Positions 20,777 through 31,454 of a stretch of DNA of 64,000 nucleotides are shown piece by piece. The stretch comes from Trueperaceae bacterium (GTDB lineage: Bacteria; Deinococcota; Deinococci; Deinococcales; Trueperaceae): assembly GCA_965213705.1 (NCBI GenBank), contig OZ243913.1, forward strand, positions 2,560,001 through 2,624,000, in the 5' to 3' direction. A program made the position numbers and the translations under genes. The notes under the pieces were generated by a model. That model did no database searches and was not told the DNA's origin. It saw only the letters and a list, made by a program, of their open reading frames with translations. How positions within the stretch are numbered: position 1 is the stretch's first letter; each line of letters opens with the position of its first letter.

Positions 20777-21925
20777 ATGTCGCTGCGCCGCTCGTTTCAG
20801 AACCCCCAAACCCGTCACTTACTTTTCACCGGCTTTCTCGCTTTCATCGTTATCGGCGCGCTGCAAGCGATGTACGGCCCCGCTTTCCCGGCGCTGCGCG
20901 AGCGCTACGGGCTCAGCGCGGAGACGGTGGCGGGCATTGTCAGTTTTTATTTTTTGGGCGGGTTCGTCACCATCTCCCTCAGCGGCTTTTTAATACGGTG
21001 GCTCGGCTATCGGCGCTTGCTGTCGGTGTTTTCGCTGTTCATGCTGCTCGGCAGCTTCGGCGTCGCGCTGAGTGAAAGTTGGACTGTGACACTCGCGGCG
21101 GTTTTTGTGACCGGGCTCGGCTTCGGGGCCATCGACATCGGTACGAACCTGCTGTTCGCCCGAACCTTCACCTCGCGCAGCGCGCCCGCGCTCAACTTGT
21201 TGCACGCGCTGTACGGCGTCGGGGCGATGCTCGGGCCGGTCTTTATTTCGCTGTTTTCGCCCTCGGTGCGGGTGCCGTTTTTGGGGGCGGCCGCGCTCGC
21301 CGGCGTCCTCTTCGCGCTGTGCTTGCGCTTGGAGGACCCGCCGCCGCCGCCGGTCGAGCGTACGCTTTCTCTACCCTACGCGCGGCTGTTCGGCTTCGTG
21401 CTCGTCTACTTTTTGTACGTCGCCTGCGAAGTCGGGGTGGCGAGTTGGGAGACGACGCACCTGGCGCCGTACCTGGGGGTGGAGACGGCGGCGGGGCTGA
21501 CCGCGCTGTATTGGGGCGCGCTGACGGTGGGGAGGTTTGTCGCCTCGCCGCTGAGCAGCCGCGTCGCGCCGGGCGACCTCGTGCTCGGTTCGGTCGGGTT
21601 GGCGTGTGCAGGCATCCTGCTCACTTTTATCGTGCCCGTCGCGCCTTACGCTTACGTGCTCGTGGGCTTGGCGTTCGCCCCCGTCTTCCCGACCGGTATC
21701 AGTTGGCTGCAAGAGGTTTTTCCCGCGCGGGCCGAGCAGGTTGTGCCCGTCGTCGTCGCGGTGGCGAACTTAGGCCCGGTCGCGGGCTCGTGGTTTATCG
21801 GCGCGGTGGTGGCGCGGGGCTCGAGCGACGCCGTCCCCGCCGTGCTGTCCGGGCTCCTGTTGCTGATGCTGGTCGCGACGGGCGTTGTGTGGCGACAAAC
21901 GCGGCTTACCGAAAGCGTCGGCTGA
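20777..21925 (+). CDS. MFS transporter
   Basis: About 12 hydrophobic segments; LNLLHALYGVGAMLGP; LYVACE. Confidence 0.9.
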   Translation: MSLRRSFQNPQTRHLLFTGFLAFIVIGALQAMYGPAFPALRERYGLSAETVAGIVSFYFLGGFVTISLSGFLIRWLGYRRLLSVFSLFMLLGSFGVALSESWTVTLAAVFVTGLGFGAIDIGTNLLFARTFTSRSAPALNLLHALYGVGAMLGPVFISLFSPSVRVPFLGAAALAGVLFALCLRLEDPPPPPVERTLSLPYARLFGFVLVYFLYVACEVGVASWETTHLAPYLGVETAAGLTALYWGALTVGRFVASPLSSRVAPGDLVLGSVGLACAGILLTFIVPVAPYAYVLVGLAFAPVFPTGISWLQEVFPARAEQVVPVVVAVANLGPVAGSWFIGAVVARGSSDAVPAVLSGLLLLMLVATGVVWRQTRLTESVG

Positions 21926-22181
21926 GACGAGGGGGTTTGTCGATGAACGAAATCGGTCTCGAGAAAAACAGCAGTTCCACAGGGCGTTGAGACTTCGTCG
22001 TGGTCTCGCCTCAAATCCCCCGGCCCAAAGGGCCACCCCCTTTTAAGGGATAAGGGTCAAGAGCGCTTCCGTCGTGAAAAATTGAGTAGAAGTTGAAAGA
22101 AGCAAGAAGTAGGCAGCAAGAGGGGTGCGATGCGCTGAGATGTGGCATGTCTGCGACGGGCTCACGCAGGTGCAGCAAGCC

Positions 22182-23102
22182 TCAAGTCGAGCCGGCGAGC
22201 AAGTGTTCGATGTCCGCTCGAGACGGCAAGCTCGGCTGCGCGCCTTGTTTCGTCGTGGCGAGCGCGCCCGCGGCGTTGGCAAAGCGCACGGCCTCGGCCA
22301 GACTCGCGCCCTCGGCAAGTTTCACCGCGAGCGCCCCGCAAAACGCGTCGCCCGCGGCCGTCGTGTCGACCACCTGGACGCTGTGAGCGCTCAAACGGCC
22401 CGCGCTCTCCCCCACCCAGGCCACGCCCTCGCCTCCCAAGGTGACGACAACGTTGCCGACGCCCCGCTCGAGCAACTTCTCGCCCGCAGCCTGCGCCGAA
22501 GCCGCGTCTGTGACTTTTGTTCCGACCAAGAATCCGGCCTCGCCCTCGTTGACGACGAGGTGCGTCACGTTTTTCAGCAGGTTGGCGGGCAGGTCTCGAG
22601 CGGGGGCCACGTTGAGGACGACGAGGATGTCACGTTTTTGAGCTAGTTCGGCGGCACGGGCAACGGTTTCCAGCGGACTCTCGAGCTGCATCAGCACCAC
22701 GGCGACGTCTTCGAAGTGCTCGTCGAGAACCGTTTCGGGGGTCAAGTGTCGGTTCGCCCCAGAACTCACCACGATCATGTTCTCGCCGCCCGCGTCGACG
22801 GTGATAAAGGCCAGACCGCTCTGCCCGTCGACCTCGGCGACCAAACCCGTGTCCACCCCTGCGGTCTCGAGGGCACCTTGCAAACCTTGCCCGTGGTCGT
22901 CCGTGCCGACGCGCCCGAGCATTCGCACGTTCCCGCCCGCTTGGGCGGCGGCGGCAGCCTGGTTCGCGCCCTTGCCGCCCGGAAACGTCGCCACGTCGGA
23001 CGCCAACACCGTGTCGCCGGGCCGGGGCTGCACTTCAACCTGCACGACCAAGTCCATGTTAAGGCTGCCGACGACCAAAACGCGGCCCGCTGGGTGAGAC
23101 AT
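22182..23102 (-). CDS. rbsK: Ribokinase
   Basis: GSLNMD, GGKGANQA, NEGE, DTTAAGDAF. Confidence 0.93.
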   Translation of the reverse strand: MSHPAGRVLVVGSLNMDLVVQVEVQPRPGDTVLASDVATFPGGKGANQAAAAAQAGGNVRMLGRVGTDDHGQGLQGALETAGVDTGLVAEVDGQSGLAFITVDAGGENMIVVSSGANRHLTPETVLDEHFEDVAVVLMQLESPLETVARAAELAQKRDILVVLNVAPARDLPANLLKNVTHLVVNEGEAGFLVGTKVTDAASAQAAGEKLLERGVGNVVVTLGGEGVAWVGESAGRLSAHSVQVVDTTAAGDAFCGALAVKLAEGASLAEAVRFANAAGALATTKQGAQPSLPSRADIEHLLAGST

Positions 23103-23173
23103 CTGGGTATTCTACGCCGCCGCGCGCACGCTATACTCGCTCGAGCTGGGTTTCTACTTTGGGGAGGTCAACG

Positions 23174-23992
23174 ATGGTCAGACGTTCACGCGGACGAAGC
23201 GCAGGTGGGATAGGCGGCCGCCTGCTCATCGCCCTCGTCATCGCCGCTTTTTCGGTTTTTTCTTTTTTCAGCACCCGCTCGACCAACGAGGTCACGGGCG
23301 AGACGCAGTACGTCGACCTGTCGCCCGACCAGGAAATCGCCCTCGGTTTGCAAGCCGTGCCCGAGATGGTGCAGCAGTACGGCGGCGAGTACAACGAGCA
23401 AAACGCCGACTACGTCGAGCAGGTCGGGCAAAAGGTCGTCGCGGCCTCGGCCGCCGGCCAAACGCCCTACGAGTTCGACTTTCACCTCCTCGCCGACGCC
23501 CAGACGGTCAACGCCTTTGCGCTGCCGGGCGGGCAGGTGTTCATTACCGCGGCACTTTACCAAGCTTTAGAGACCGAAGGCCAACTCGCCGGGGTGTTGG
23601 GCCACGAGGTCGGCCACGTCGTCGCGCGCCACGGCTCGGAGCACTTGGCGAAGCAAAAGCTCACCCAGGGCCTTATCAACGCGACCGGCGTCGGGGTGGG
23701 TTACAGCGGCGCGGAACTCGCGGCGGCGGTGGGCCAGATGGTCAACCTAAAGTACGGCCGCAACGACGAGTTGGAGTCCGACCTTCTCGGCGTGCGTTTT
23801 ATGAGCGACGCGGGCTACGACCCGCGGGCGATGATTCGCGTGATGGAGATTTTAGAGGCGGCCTCCGGCGGCGCGTCGCGGCAGCCCGAGTTCGCCAGCA
23901 CCCACCCCAACCCCGGCAACCGAATTCAGCACATCCAAGAGGTCATCGCCCAGGAGTTTCCGAACGGCGTCCCGGCGGGGCTGACAGAGTAA
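23174..23992 (+). CDS. M48 family metallopeptidase
   Basis: NAFALPGG, HEVGH, ELESD, STHP. Confidence 0.92.
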   Translation: MVRRSRGRSAGGIGGRLLIALVIAAFSVFSFFSTRSTNEVTGETQYVDLSPDQEIALGLQAVPEMVQQYGGEYNEQNADYVEQVGQKVVAASAAGQTPYEFDFHLLADAQTVNAFALPGGQVFITAALYQALETEGQLAGVLGHEVGHVVARHGSEHLAKQKLTQGLINATGVGVGYSGAELAAAVGQMVNLKYGRNDELESDLLGVRFMSDAGYDPRAMIRVMEILEAASGGASRQPEFASTHPNPGNRIQHIQEVIAQEFPNGVPAGLTE

Positions 23993-24009
23993 CGCTCGTC
24001 TTCACCCAC

Positions 24010-24041
24010 AAACCCTCACCTTGTGCAAGGTGAGGGTTTTT
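24010..24041 (+). terminator. Intrinsic terminator
   Basis: AAACCCTCACCTTG-TG-CAAGGTGAGGGTTTTT. Confidence 0.8.
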
Positions 24042-24123
24042 CAGCTCGGGCCCACAACGACCTCGAGCACCTTTCTTACCGAGACGACCCTCGACAAACA
24101 AGCCCGAGTGCTATGCTGAAACC

Positions 24124-24729
24124 ATGAACGAGACGGCCGAAATACCCAAAAAAGAGCCCAGTTACGGCGTCCTCGAGCTGTTTCCATATCAGGGTGACTG
24201 GACCGAGGCCGACTATCTCGAGCTGACCGCCTCTACAAATCACCTGGTCGAACTTTCTGAGGGTCGATTGGACGTTTTGCTTATGCCGAGCGTGCGGCAC
24301 CAAAAGCTCGTCAGGTTTCTCTTTCGCCTGCTGGACGTTTTCGTGTTTGAAAGACGGTTGGGTGAGGTTTTGTTCGCGCCCTTGCGAGTCAAGCTTTGGG
24401 ACGGCAAATTCCGCGAGCCCGACGTCGTTTTTATGTTTGCGGAACGCGCCGCGCAGCAGACCGACAGGTTCTGGCGAGGTGCCGACCTGGTCGTCGAGGT
24501 CGTCAGCCCGGACGACCCCACGCGAGACACCGTCGACAAGTTTCAGGAATACGCCCAGGCAGGCATCGGTGAATACTGGCTGGTCGACCCCAGGGACGAC
24601 TCGGTCACCGTTTACACCCTGGCGGCGGGTGAAACGACGTATCGACAACTCGGCTCGACCGGCGGGGAAGCTTGCTCGAGCGTGCTCGAGGGTTTTTGCG
24701 TCGACGTGGCCGAGCTGTTCGCGGTCTGA
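24124..24729 (+). CDS. Uma2-family (PD-D/ExK) endonuclease
   Basis: ELSEG, REPD, DLVVEVVSP, GIGEYWLVDP. Confidence 0.92.
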   Translation: MNETAEIPKKEPSYGVLELFPYQGDWTEADYLELTASTNHLVELSEGRLDVLLMPSVRHQKLVRFLFRLLDVFVFERRLGEVLFAPLRVKLWDGKFREPDVVFMFAERAAQQTDRFWRGADLVVEVVSPDDPTRDTVDKFQEYAQAGIGEYWLVDPRDDSVTVYTLAAGETTYRQLGSTGGEACSSVLEGFCVDVAELFAV

Positions 24730-24938
24730 GTTGTTCGAAGTTTGAGAGGCTCGAGGTTCTGACCCCTTTCCAAAGCCCGTTCGTTACCGAAACAACGAGC
24801 GGTCCGCGCTGGAAAAACGAATTCAGATGACGAGGGCGCACTCTCGAGCAAATATGCAGTCGTCACTCTCTGCCAACCTTGCGCTTGACTGCAGTCCTGA
24901 ACTTTTGGGCCACTTAGAGTGAGCAGTAGGAGGACACT

Positions 24939-25322
24939 ATGGCCGACTTGGCAAACAGTTTCAAGGACGCGCTCCACACGATTGAGCAGGAGAAAAAGCC
25001 CGACGCGGTGCTAGCTTTTTTTGAAGATGCCTCGACCCTCAAACGCCTCAACCACGAACACTACGAGGGCAGGAGCGGGGCCGAGAAGTTTTGGAACGAG
25101 TACCTGAGCACGTTCAAAACGCAGGAAACGACCTTCCACAACACCGTCGACGCAGACGAGGCGGTGGTGCTCGAGTGGGTCTCCAAGGGTGAGTTTCCCA
25201 ACGGCGAGCCTTACGAGTACCGCGGCGTGAGCATCCTGGAGCGGGACGGCAACAAGGTGAAAGCGTTCCGCACCTACTACGACTCGGCGGTCTTTATCAA
25301 CGAGTCAGCGCTCTCGAGCTAA
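24939..25322 (+). CDS. SnoaL/NTF2-like protein
   Basis: VLEW, YRGVSILE, FRTYYD; AGGAGG RBS. Confidence 0.8.
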   Translation: MADLANSFKDALHTIEQEKKPDAVLAFFEDASTLKRLNHEHYEGRSGAEKFWNEYLSTFKTQETTFHNTVDADEAVVLEWVSKGEFPNGEPYEYRGVSILERDGNKVKAFRTYYDSAVFINESALSS

Positions 25323-25340
25323 ACCCACTCCCGACAAATA

Positions 25341-25370
25341 AGAACCGCAGCCCAATCGGCTGCGGTTTTT
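25341..25370. terminator. Bidirectional terminator
   Basis: AACCGCAGCC-CAATC-GGCTGCGGTTTTT between convergent genes. Confidence 0.75.
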
Positions 25371-25387
25371 GTCGTTAAGCGGACGCT

Positions 25388-25753
25388 TTAGCCGTCGACC
25401 TGGACGCGGCCCGCGCCCGCTTGCTTCATCAGGACCTCGATGTCGCGGGCGTCGTCGCCGTCGGTGTTCAGGATGATGAGTTTGGCTCCGTCCTGAACGC
25501 TGCGGTAAAAGAAGGCTTTTTCGTCGTCGCTTATGTTGGCGCGTCCCAGACCGCCGGGGTAGCTGCTCGGGTTGACGATTGCGCCGCCCCGGAAGCCGGA
25601 CGCGTTGCCGATGACCGAACCCACCTCGTTGGTGTCGGCGAGGCCGCTGTCGATGACCTCGACCACGTCGTCGCCGTAGCCGGCCTGCTCGAGCGCGTCC
25701 CTCGCTTTGGTAACGCCGTTTTCGTCGTCGAATACGCCTATGACCGTTGCCAT
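25388..25753 (-). CDS. General stress protein-like (YflT-like)
   Basis: VIGVFDD..ARDALEQAGY; acidic 121 aa. Confidence 0.6.
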   Translation of the reverse strand: MATVIGVFDDENGVTKARDALEQAGYGDDVVEVIDSGLADTNEVGSVIGNASGFRGGAIVNPSSYPGGLGRANISDDEKAFFYRSVQDGAKLIILNTDGDDARDIEVLMKQAGAGRVQVDG

Positions 25754-25768
25754 AACAACTCCTTTTCT

Positions 25769-26215
25769 CTAACTGGCGTGTTTGAGGTCCCGGATGCGGT
25801 CGTGCGCGGCCTTGACCTCTTGGTACTGCTGAGAAAGCATCGTCTTGACGTCGCTCGGCAGGTCCTCGTCCATGACGTCTTGGTAGTTGTCGACGGCGAC
25901 GTCTTCGCCCCGCTCGACCTCGGCGATGACGGCCTCGTCGCCCTTACCGGTGATGGCGTCGCGCACGTTCAGCCAGGCGCGGTGCAGCGCGGCCCCGGCG
26001 CTCGTGTGGTCGTGCGGCTCGCCGCCCAAGCGGCGGATTTCGCTGCTGACTTCGCTGGCGAAACGCCCGCGCTGCTGGGCGAGTTCGTTGAACATCGTCT
26101 TGTACTGGCTGTTCTCCGCCTCGTCGGCCGCCTCACGGTAGCCTTTTTCCCCGTCGAGCAGGGTGCCTAAGACGTGGTTGAGCTTGCTGATGACTTGGTC
26201 GTTGTCGAGTGCCAT
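25769..26215 (-). CDS. PA2169-family four-helix-bundle protein (DUF2383)
   Basis: DGEKGY, LGGEP, LHRAW, ERGED. Confidence 0.88.
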   Translation of the reverse strand: MALDNDQVISKLNHVLGTLLDGEKGYREAADEAENSQYKTMFNELAQQRGRFASEVSSEIRRLGGEPHDHTSAGAALHRAWLNVRDAITGKGDEAVIAEVERGEDVAVDNYQDVMDEDLPSDVKTMLSQQYQEVKAAHDRIRDLKHAS

Positions 26216-26427
26216 GTTTTACTCCTTAAAATGTGACTTGGTTTATCTTACAAAATTTTCGCCCAAAGGTGAACCACCGAACGGGACGCCCTACACCAAA
26301 CAGCGCTTCTAGGAGTGATTGAGACGTGCCGACGCGCAAGTTCAGAAGCAAACCTCCACAGAGCTACCTCCCCTAAAAAGGTCGGCAAGGTCAAGACCGA
26401 TTTATCTCAATGTTGCGTGGAAGAGCT

Positions 26428-26454
26428 AAAAAAGGCGGGCGTGTGCGCCCGCCC
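26428..26454 (-). terminator. Terminator after the PfpI gene
   Basis: Minus strand GGCGGGCG-CACA-CGCCCGCCTTTTTT. Confidence 0.75.
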
Positions 26455-26466
26455 TCGTCCGAGGTT

Positions 26467-27033
26467 TTAACGCTGCACAGTTTGTCGTTCGTGCTTGCCT
26501 TCGGCGATTTCTTCGATCATCTTTTTGTTGAAAGCGGGGATGTCGTCCGGTTTGCGGCTCGTGACGAGGCCCTGGTCGGTGACCACTTCTTCGTCGACCC
26601 AGGTCGCCCCGGCGTTTTTGAGGTCGGTTCGCAGGCTCGGGAACGAGGTCATTTTTCGGCCCGCGACGACGCCCGCTTCGATGAGCGTCCAAGGCGCGTG
26701 GCAAATCGCCGCGACCGGCTTGTGCTGGTCGAAAAACGCCCTGACGAAGCTCACGGCCGCGTCGCTCCGGCGCAGGTGGTCCGGGTTCATCACGCCGCCG
26801 GGCAGCAGCAGGGCGTCGTAGTCGTCGGCTTTAGCGTCGGCGACGACCACGTCAACGTCGAAGGTGTCGCCCCAGTCGGTTTCGTCCCAACCCTTGACCT
26901 GTCCGCTTTCCAGCGAGACGACGTGCGTCTGCGCGCCGGCCTCCTCCAAGGCTTGCTTGGGCTTGGTGAGTTCGACCTGCTCGAAGCCCTTGGCGACGAG
27001 AATGGCGACTTTTTTACCGTTCAAATTTTGCAT
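26467..27033 (-). CDS. PfpI/YhbO (DJ-1) family protein
   Basis: GFEQVE, LPGG..NPD, AICHAPW, TSRKPDD. Confidence 0.93.
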   Translation of the reverse strand: MQNLNGKKVAILVAKGFEQVELTKPKQALEEAGAQTHVVSLESGQVKGWDETDWGDTFDVDVVVADAKADDYDALLLPGGVMNPDHLRRSDAAVSFVRAFFDQHKPVAAICHAPWTLIEAGVVAGRKMTSFPSLRTDLKNAGATWVDEEVVTDQGLVTSRKPDDIPAFNKKMIEEIAEGKHERQTVQR

Positions 27034-27228
27034 GGTTTGCCTCCCTGCGTGCCAGTGTAGGGGGAGGCGCAAGCCGAAAGTATAAAGGGGCTGACAATGT
27101 TGGTAAGGGGTTTACATAGAGGGTGCTGAGTCTCTTGCGCGCAACTTCGCCGAAGGTGTCGTGGCGCGCGGGTGGAGGCTAGATTGGTCCGGAAGCTGAT
27201 TGACCGAAGCTGAGTTAGACTGGCTCCT

Positions 27229-28281
27229 GTGCTCGACGCGACCGACCTCCTGACGCGGGCCGTCACCTTAAAAAGCGTGTCCGGTGACGAGGCCGAGGTT
27301 GCCCGTTTTTTGGTTGGGCAGATGGCGTTTTGTGACGAGGCCTTTGTGGACGCGGCGGGCAACGCCGTCGGCAAAGTCGGGCACGGACCGCTGAAGGTCC
27401 ACTTTCTCGGACACATCGACACCGTGCCGGGCGACATCCCGGTGCGGGTCGAGGCGGGTCGCCTGTACGGGCGCGGCAGCGTCGACGCGAAGGGGTCGTT
27501 TTGCGCGGCGGTCGCGGCGGCGAGCAGGCTGAGGCCGCACATCCTCGAAAAAATCACCCTGCTCCTCATCGGCGCGACCGAAGAAGAAGTGCCGACGAGC
27601 AAGGGCGCGCGCCACGCGCTCGAGGCGTATCCCCAACCCGACTTTGTCATCGTCGGCGAACCGAGCGGCTGGGACGCTGTGACGTTGGGATACAAGGGCC
27701 GACTGGTCGCCAAACTGAGCCTCGAGAAGGCGAACTTTCACTCGGCCGGCGCGGGAACGACCGCCGCGGAAGACTTGGTCGAAGTATGGAACCGCTTGAA
27801 AGCGCAAGCCGACCGCTACAACGAGGGCGTGGGGATGTTCGACGCGCTGCAAGTCACGCTTCAGGACGTCGACAGCCGCGCCGACGGCCTTACCCAAAGC
27901 GCCGCCGCCACCCTCTCCTACCGGCTGCCCCCGGCGCTTCTCCCGGAGCGGGTCAAACGTGTGGTGAGCGAACAGCTCGGCCCTGCACGCTGCACCTTTT
28001 CGGGCGCGGAAACGGCTTACCGGGGTGACAAAGACACGCCGCTCACCAGGTCGTTCCGCGTCGCTATTCGCCAACACGGGGGCGAGCCACGTTTCAAGGT
28101 TAAAACGGGCACCGCCGACATGAACGTCGTCGCGCCCCAGTGGGCGGTGCCGATGCTGGCCTACGGTCCTGGCGACTCGGCCCTCGACCACACGCCTGAC
28201 GAGAACTTGCCCCTGCAGGACTACCAAAAAGCGGTCGCCGTGTTGGCGACCGCCCTCGCTCGACTGGCCGAGATGACGTGA
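27229..28281 (+). CDS. lysK: [LysW]-lysine hydrolase (M20)
   Basis: [45 protein letters not shown]. Confidence 0.92.
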   Translation: MLDATDLLTRAVTLKSVSGDEAEVARFLVGQMAFCDEAFVDAAGNAVGKVGHGPLKVHFLGHIDTVPGDIPVRVEAGRLYGRGSVDAKGSFCAAVAAASRLRPHILEKITLLLIGATEEEVPTSKGARHALEAYPQPDFVIVGEPSGWDAVTLGYKGRLVAKLSLEKANFHSAGAGTTAAEDLVEVWNRLKAQADRYNEGVGMFDALQVTLQDVDSRADGLTQSAAATLSYRLPPALLPERVKRVVSEQLGPARCTFSGAETAYRGDKDTPLTRSFRVAIRQHGGEPRFKVKTGTADMNVVAPQWAVPMLAYGPGDSALDHTPDENLPLQDYQKAVAVLATALARLAEMT

Positions 28282-28309
28282 ATTTTGGACGCTTAACCGA
28301 AGGCTAGCA

Positions 28310-28546
28310 CTACAGTCCCGACAGGGCGTAATTTTTGCCGATGAACGATTCCCACTCGGCGGGCATGTCCTCTTCTGGGTAAATGGCGCTGACCGGACAA
28401 GCCGGAACACAAGCCCCGCAGTCGATGCACTCTTCGGGGTGAATGTAAAACTGGTCGTCGGCCTCGTAAATGCACTCGACCGGACAAACGTCTACGCAAG
28501 ACGCGTCTTTGGTGCCGATGCAGGGTTCGGCGATAATGTGTGGCAT
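28310..28546 (-). CDS. 7Fe ferredoxin
   Basis: CVDVCPVECI and CIDCGACVPACP. Confidence 0.95.
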   Translation of the reverse strand: MPHIIAEPCIGTKDASCVDVCPVECIYEADDQFYIHPEECIDCGACVPACPVSAIYPEEDMPAEWESFIGKNYALSGL

Positions 28547-28715
28547 TGTACCTCCGTCGCGGGGTTGTCCCCTACGGCTATTGTTAAGGATAAAACCCGC
28601 TTCGTCAAGCGAGCCCGCTCACAGTGCGCCGCCGCCCGACGCGCTTCGCAGCCCCACAAAACGACTGTAAAAAGTATATCCCCGTCGCCAAAGTCTGTGG
28701 CTTACACTTAAAAAC

Positions 28716-30602
28716 ATGCTGAAGCTCGAGCCCGTAGCGTTGGAACTTTTAGAGTACAAAATCCAAGACATCCGGGCGGCGCGGCAGGTCAAGGGCGGCC
28801 TGGCGAGCGTTTGGGACTTGTACAACTATCTTTTCAAAGAGGCCGCCACTCTTACGGAGTACGAGCGCGGCCGGGTCGAGGCGGCGGGCAAGGTTCTAAA
28901 GCGCTTCGGCGAGACCTCGAGGTCGACCCAAAGCATGGCGCAGACCCTTGAAGCGCTCGTCTTGAACGACCTTACCGTGTCCGTGTCTCCCAAAGTCGCG
29001 GCGACGCTGCGCTTTACCGACGAGACACCTATCCTAGAAATGGACGTTGAGGTTTTAGAAGAACAAGCGGTCTTGCAGCGGCTCGCCAAACGGGTCTGGT
29101 GGCACGACATGGAGACCGTCGTGCACGAGTTTGCAGTCCAGTGCCGCGCCGAAAAAGACCGCGTCACGGCGCGGCTGCTCTACGCGCTGTCGCTCAACTT
29201 GACGCGGTACCTAAGTGCGCACGGCAACCTGGACGTCAACCTGACGAATTTTCGAGTCGAGGACGCCGTGCCCGAGCGCAGCGACCCGCTCGTCTCGCTC
29301 AACGACCTAGACGTTTTGAGCGACCTGGTCCGCGACCTCGTCGAGACCGTTCTAGTCCTCGGCGACCCTGCCGGCCGCTACGCCCCTTTGGGGCTGCCCC
29401 GCGGCCAGGCGCTGGGCTTTGTCAAACGCATGGCCCTGGCCCTCGCCCGCGACCCCTACGGCGGCGAATGCAGTCCGCTCGCGCCGCGCCAACCCAGCAG
29501 CGAACAGTTGCGCCTCGCCCTGCGCGAGCTTGCCAAAGAGCCTTTACGAGAAGAACAAAAACAAGTGCAACACGAGACCTTGAGCGAGCGGTTGCGCATT
29601 ACCACGGCGTTTGAAAAACAGCAGCGTCACGCGTTTCAGCAAGACGTTCTCGGCTTTTCAAACGCCGTCCACACCTTTTTCAACCGTCTCGCGCGCTATC
29701 TGCCCGGTCGGGTCGGCGGCGAGGCGGGCGAACCCCAACTGAGCGGCGGCGTGCTTTTCGCCGTCAACCCCGCCTTGCGCATAGCGAGCGTCGCCGCGGA
29801 CGCCAGCGCCGTCACCGTTCACCTCAAGGGGCCGACGCGTTTGGTTTTGGCAGGGCTCGAAATAGCGATTACCGGCGGCCGCACGCCCTCTATTTACTTG
29901 GGCGGACACGACCACCTCCTGCAACCCAGGGTGCGTTTGCGGGCGCAAGGCCGGGAAGTCGTCGCGATTTACGAAAACGCTTACCTGCACCTGAAAGTTC
30001 AGGACACGGAGCGGTCACTTGCCGCCAGCACCGCCGAAGCCTTGGCGGTGTACTTCGTCCTCAGCTCGCCGCACAAAAAGGAGCTGTTGCGGGTACTGCG
30101 CGCCGCCGCCAACGTGGCGACGGGTGAACCCAAAGACTTGGTCGCGCAAGCGCTGTTGCGCTTGCGCGAACTGAGCAGCCGCGCGCCCGACCGCCGTCAA
30201 GCCCTGACCGGACTTGTGCAGGGCGCGAGTCGGGCCGTGAGCGCTACTTTGCCGAGCGCCGTCGTCACCCGGCTGGTAGAGCGTTTTTTGAGCGCGATGA
30301 CCGCAGCGGCGGACGACCTAACTGCCGTCCTCAGGGCGGCGGACGGAGCCGAGATAAGCCGTTACCGACTTAGCGGCGAACCCCTGTCCCTCAACGTTGC
30401 CGGTCAACCGCTGACGGTGCGCGAGTACCGAAACCCTGGCAAAGAGGCGCGGCGCAGCGTCGCCGTAGTCTTGCCCGACCGAACGGCAAACTCTTTCAAT
30501 CACTACTTGCTTCAGCCTTTACCGAACGGCACGCTGCTGTGCGTTCGCACCGCCGAGGACTTGCTGTGCGTCTACTTCGCCGGTGTAACCTTGGAAGTAT
30601 AA
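28716..30602 (+). CDS. Hypothetical protein (628 aa)
   Basis: Long ORF with leaderless TACACT-N7-ATG; no motif recognised. Confidence 0.75.
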   Translation: MLKLEPVALELLEYKIQDIRAARQVKGGLASVWDLYNYLFKEAATLTEYERGRVEAAGKVLKRFGETSRSTQSMAQTLEALVLNDLTVSVSPKVAATLRFTDETPILEMDVEVLEEQAVLQRLAKRVWWHDMETVVHEFAVQCRAEKDRVTARLLYALSLNLTRYLSAHGNLDVNLTNFRVEDAVPERSDPLVSLNDLDVLSDLVRDLVETVLVLGDPAGRYAPLGLPRGQALGFVKRMALALARDPYGGECSPLAPRQPSSEQLRLALRELAKEPLREEQKQVQHETLSERLRITTAFEKQQRHAFQQDVLGFSNAVHTFFNRLARYLPGRVGGEAGEPQLSGGVLFAVNPALRIASVAADASAVTVHLKGPTRLVLAGLEIAITGGRTPSIYLGGHDHLLQPRVRLRAQGREVVAIYENAYLHLKVQDTERSLAASTAEALAVYFVLSSPHKKELLRVLRAAANVATGEPKDLVAQALLRLRELSSRAPDRRQALTGLVQGASRAVSATLPSAVVTRLVERFLSAMTAAADDLTAVLRAADGAEISRYRLSGEPLSLNVAGQPLTVREYRNPGKEARRSVAVVLPDRTANSFNHYLLQPLPNGTLLCVRTAEDLLCVYFAGVTLEV

Positions 30603-30622
30603 AGTACAGAAAGGAAGGTACG

Positions 30623-30904
30623 GTGACCAGGTTGTCCCCACAAGCTGTGGACACGGCCCTTAAGACTTTGCGCGGCTGGGTCCTGAAAGATGCCAAACTC
30701 CACAAGACGCTCACGTTTTCGTCTTTCAACGAGGCCTTTGGCTTTTTGTGCCGGGTGGCTTTGCAAGCAGAACGGCTGAACCACCACCCCGAACTGTGCA
30801 GCGTTTATCGCAAGGTCACGGTAGCCCTGAGCACCCACGACGTCGGCGGCGTCAGCGAGCTGGACGTGGAGCTGGCGAGGTTCATAGACACGCTCAACGC
30901 CTGA
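30623..30904 (+). CDS. Pterin-4-alpha-carbinolamine dehydratase
   Basis: AERLNHHPE, LSTHDVGGVSELD. Confidence 0.92.
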   Translation: MTRLSPQAVDTALKTLRGWVLKDAKLHKTLTFSSFNEAFGFLCRVALQAERLNHHPELCSVYRKVTVALSTHDVGGVSELDVELARFIDTLNA

Positions 30905-30930
30905 CTTTTGAGCTGCCGAAAGGGTGCGCG

Positions 30931-31448
30931 GTGAAACCGACCTTGTTTCACGTCAGCGAAGAGCCCGGCATTGGGCGCTTCGAGCCTCGAGCCGCCCCCG
31001 AAACCTCCGGGCGGGCGAAAAGCTGGTGTGGGCGGTGGACGAAGCGCGTCTCCACAGCTACTTGTTGCCCCGTGACTGTCCCCGGGTTACCTTTTACGCG
31101 CGCCCCGACAGCGACCCTTATGACGTGACGTGTTTGCTGGGGGCAGCCGTGTTCGTCGTCGCCATAGAAGCGGCCTGGCTCGAGCGGGCACTCACGACGC
31201 CGCTTTACCGTTACGCTTTCGCACCCACTTCTTTTGTCGTGAGCGACGCAGGCGCTGGGTATTACGTCTCTACGGAAGCCGTCGAGCCCCTCAGCGTGAC
31301 GCGTGTCGACAACCCGGTGCGAGCGCTGCTGGAGCGCGGCGTGGAGCTGCGCGTGTTGCCGTATTTGTGGCATTTGCGAGACGTGGTCGTGGCCTCGAGC
31401 CTTCAATTCTCCGTCATTCGGATGCGCAACGCCCAACCCAGGCCCTGA
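30931..31448 (+). pseudogene. DUF6886-like protein, frameshifted near 31000-31020
   Basis: LFHVSEEPGIGRFEPR is in one frame and LVWAVDEARLHSYLLPRDCPRV in another. Confidence 0.7.
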
Positions 31449-31454
31449 CGCACT

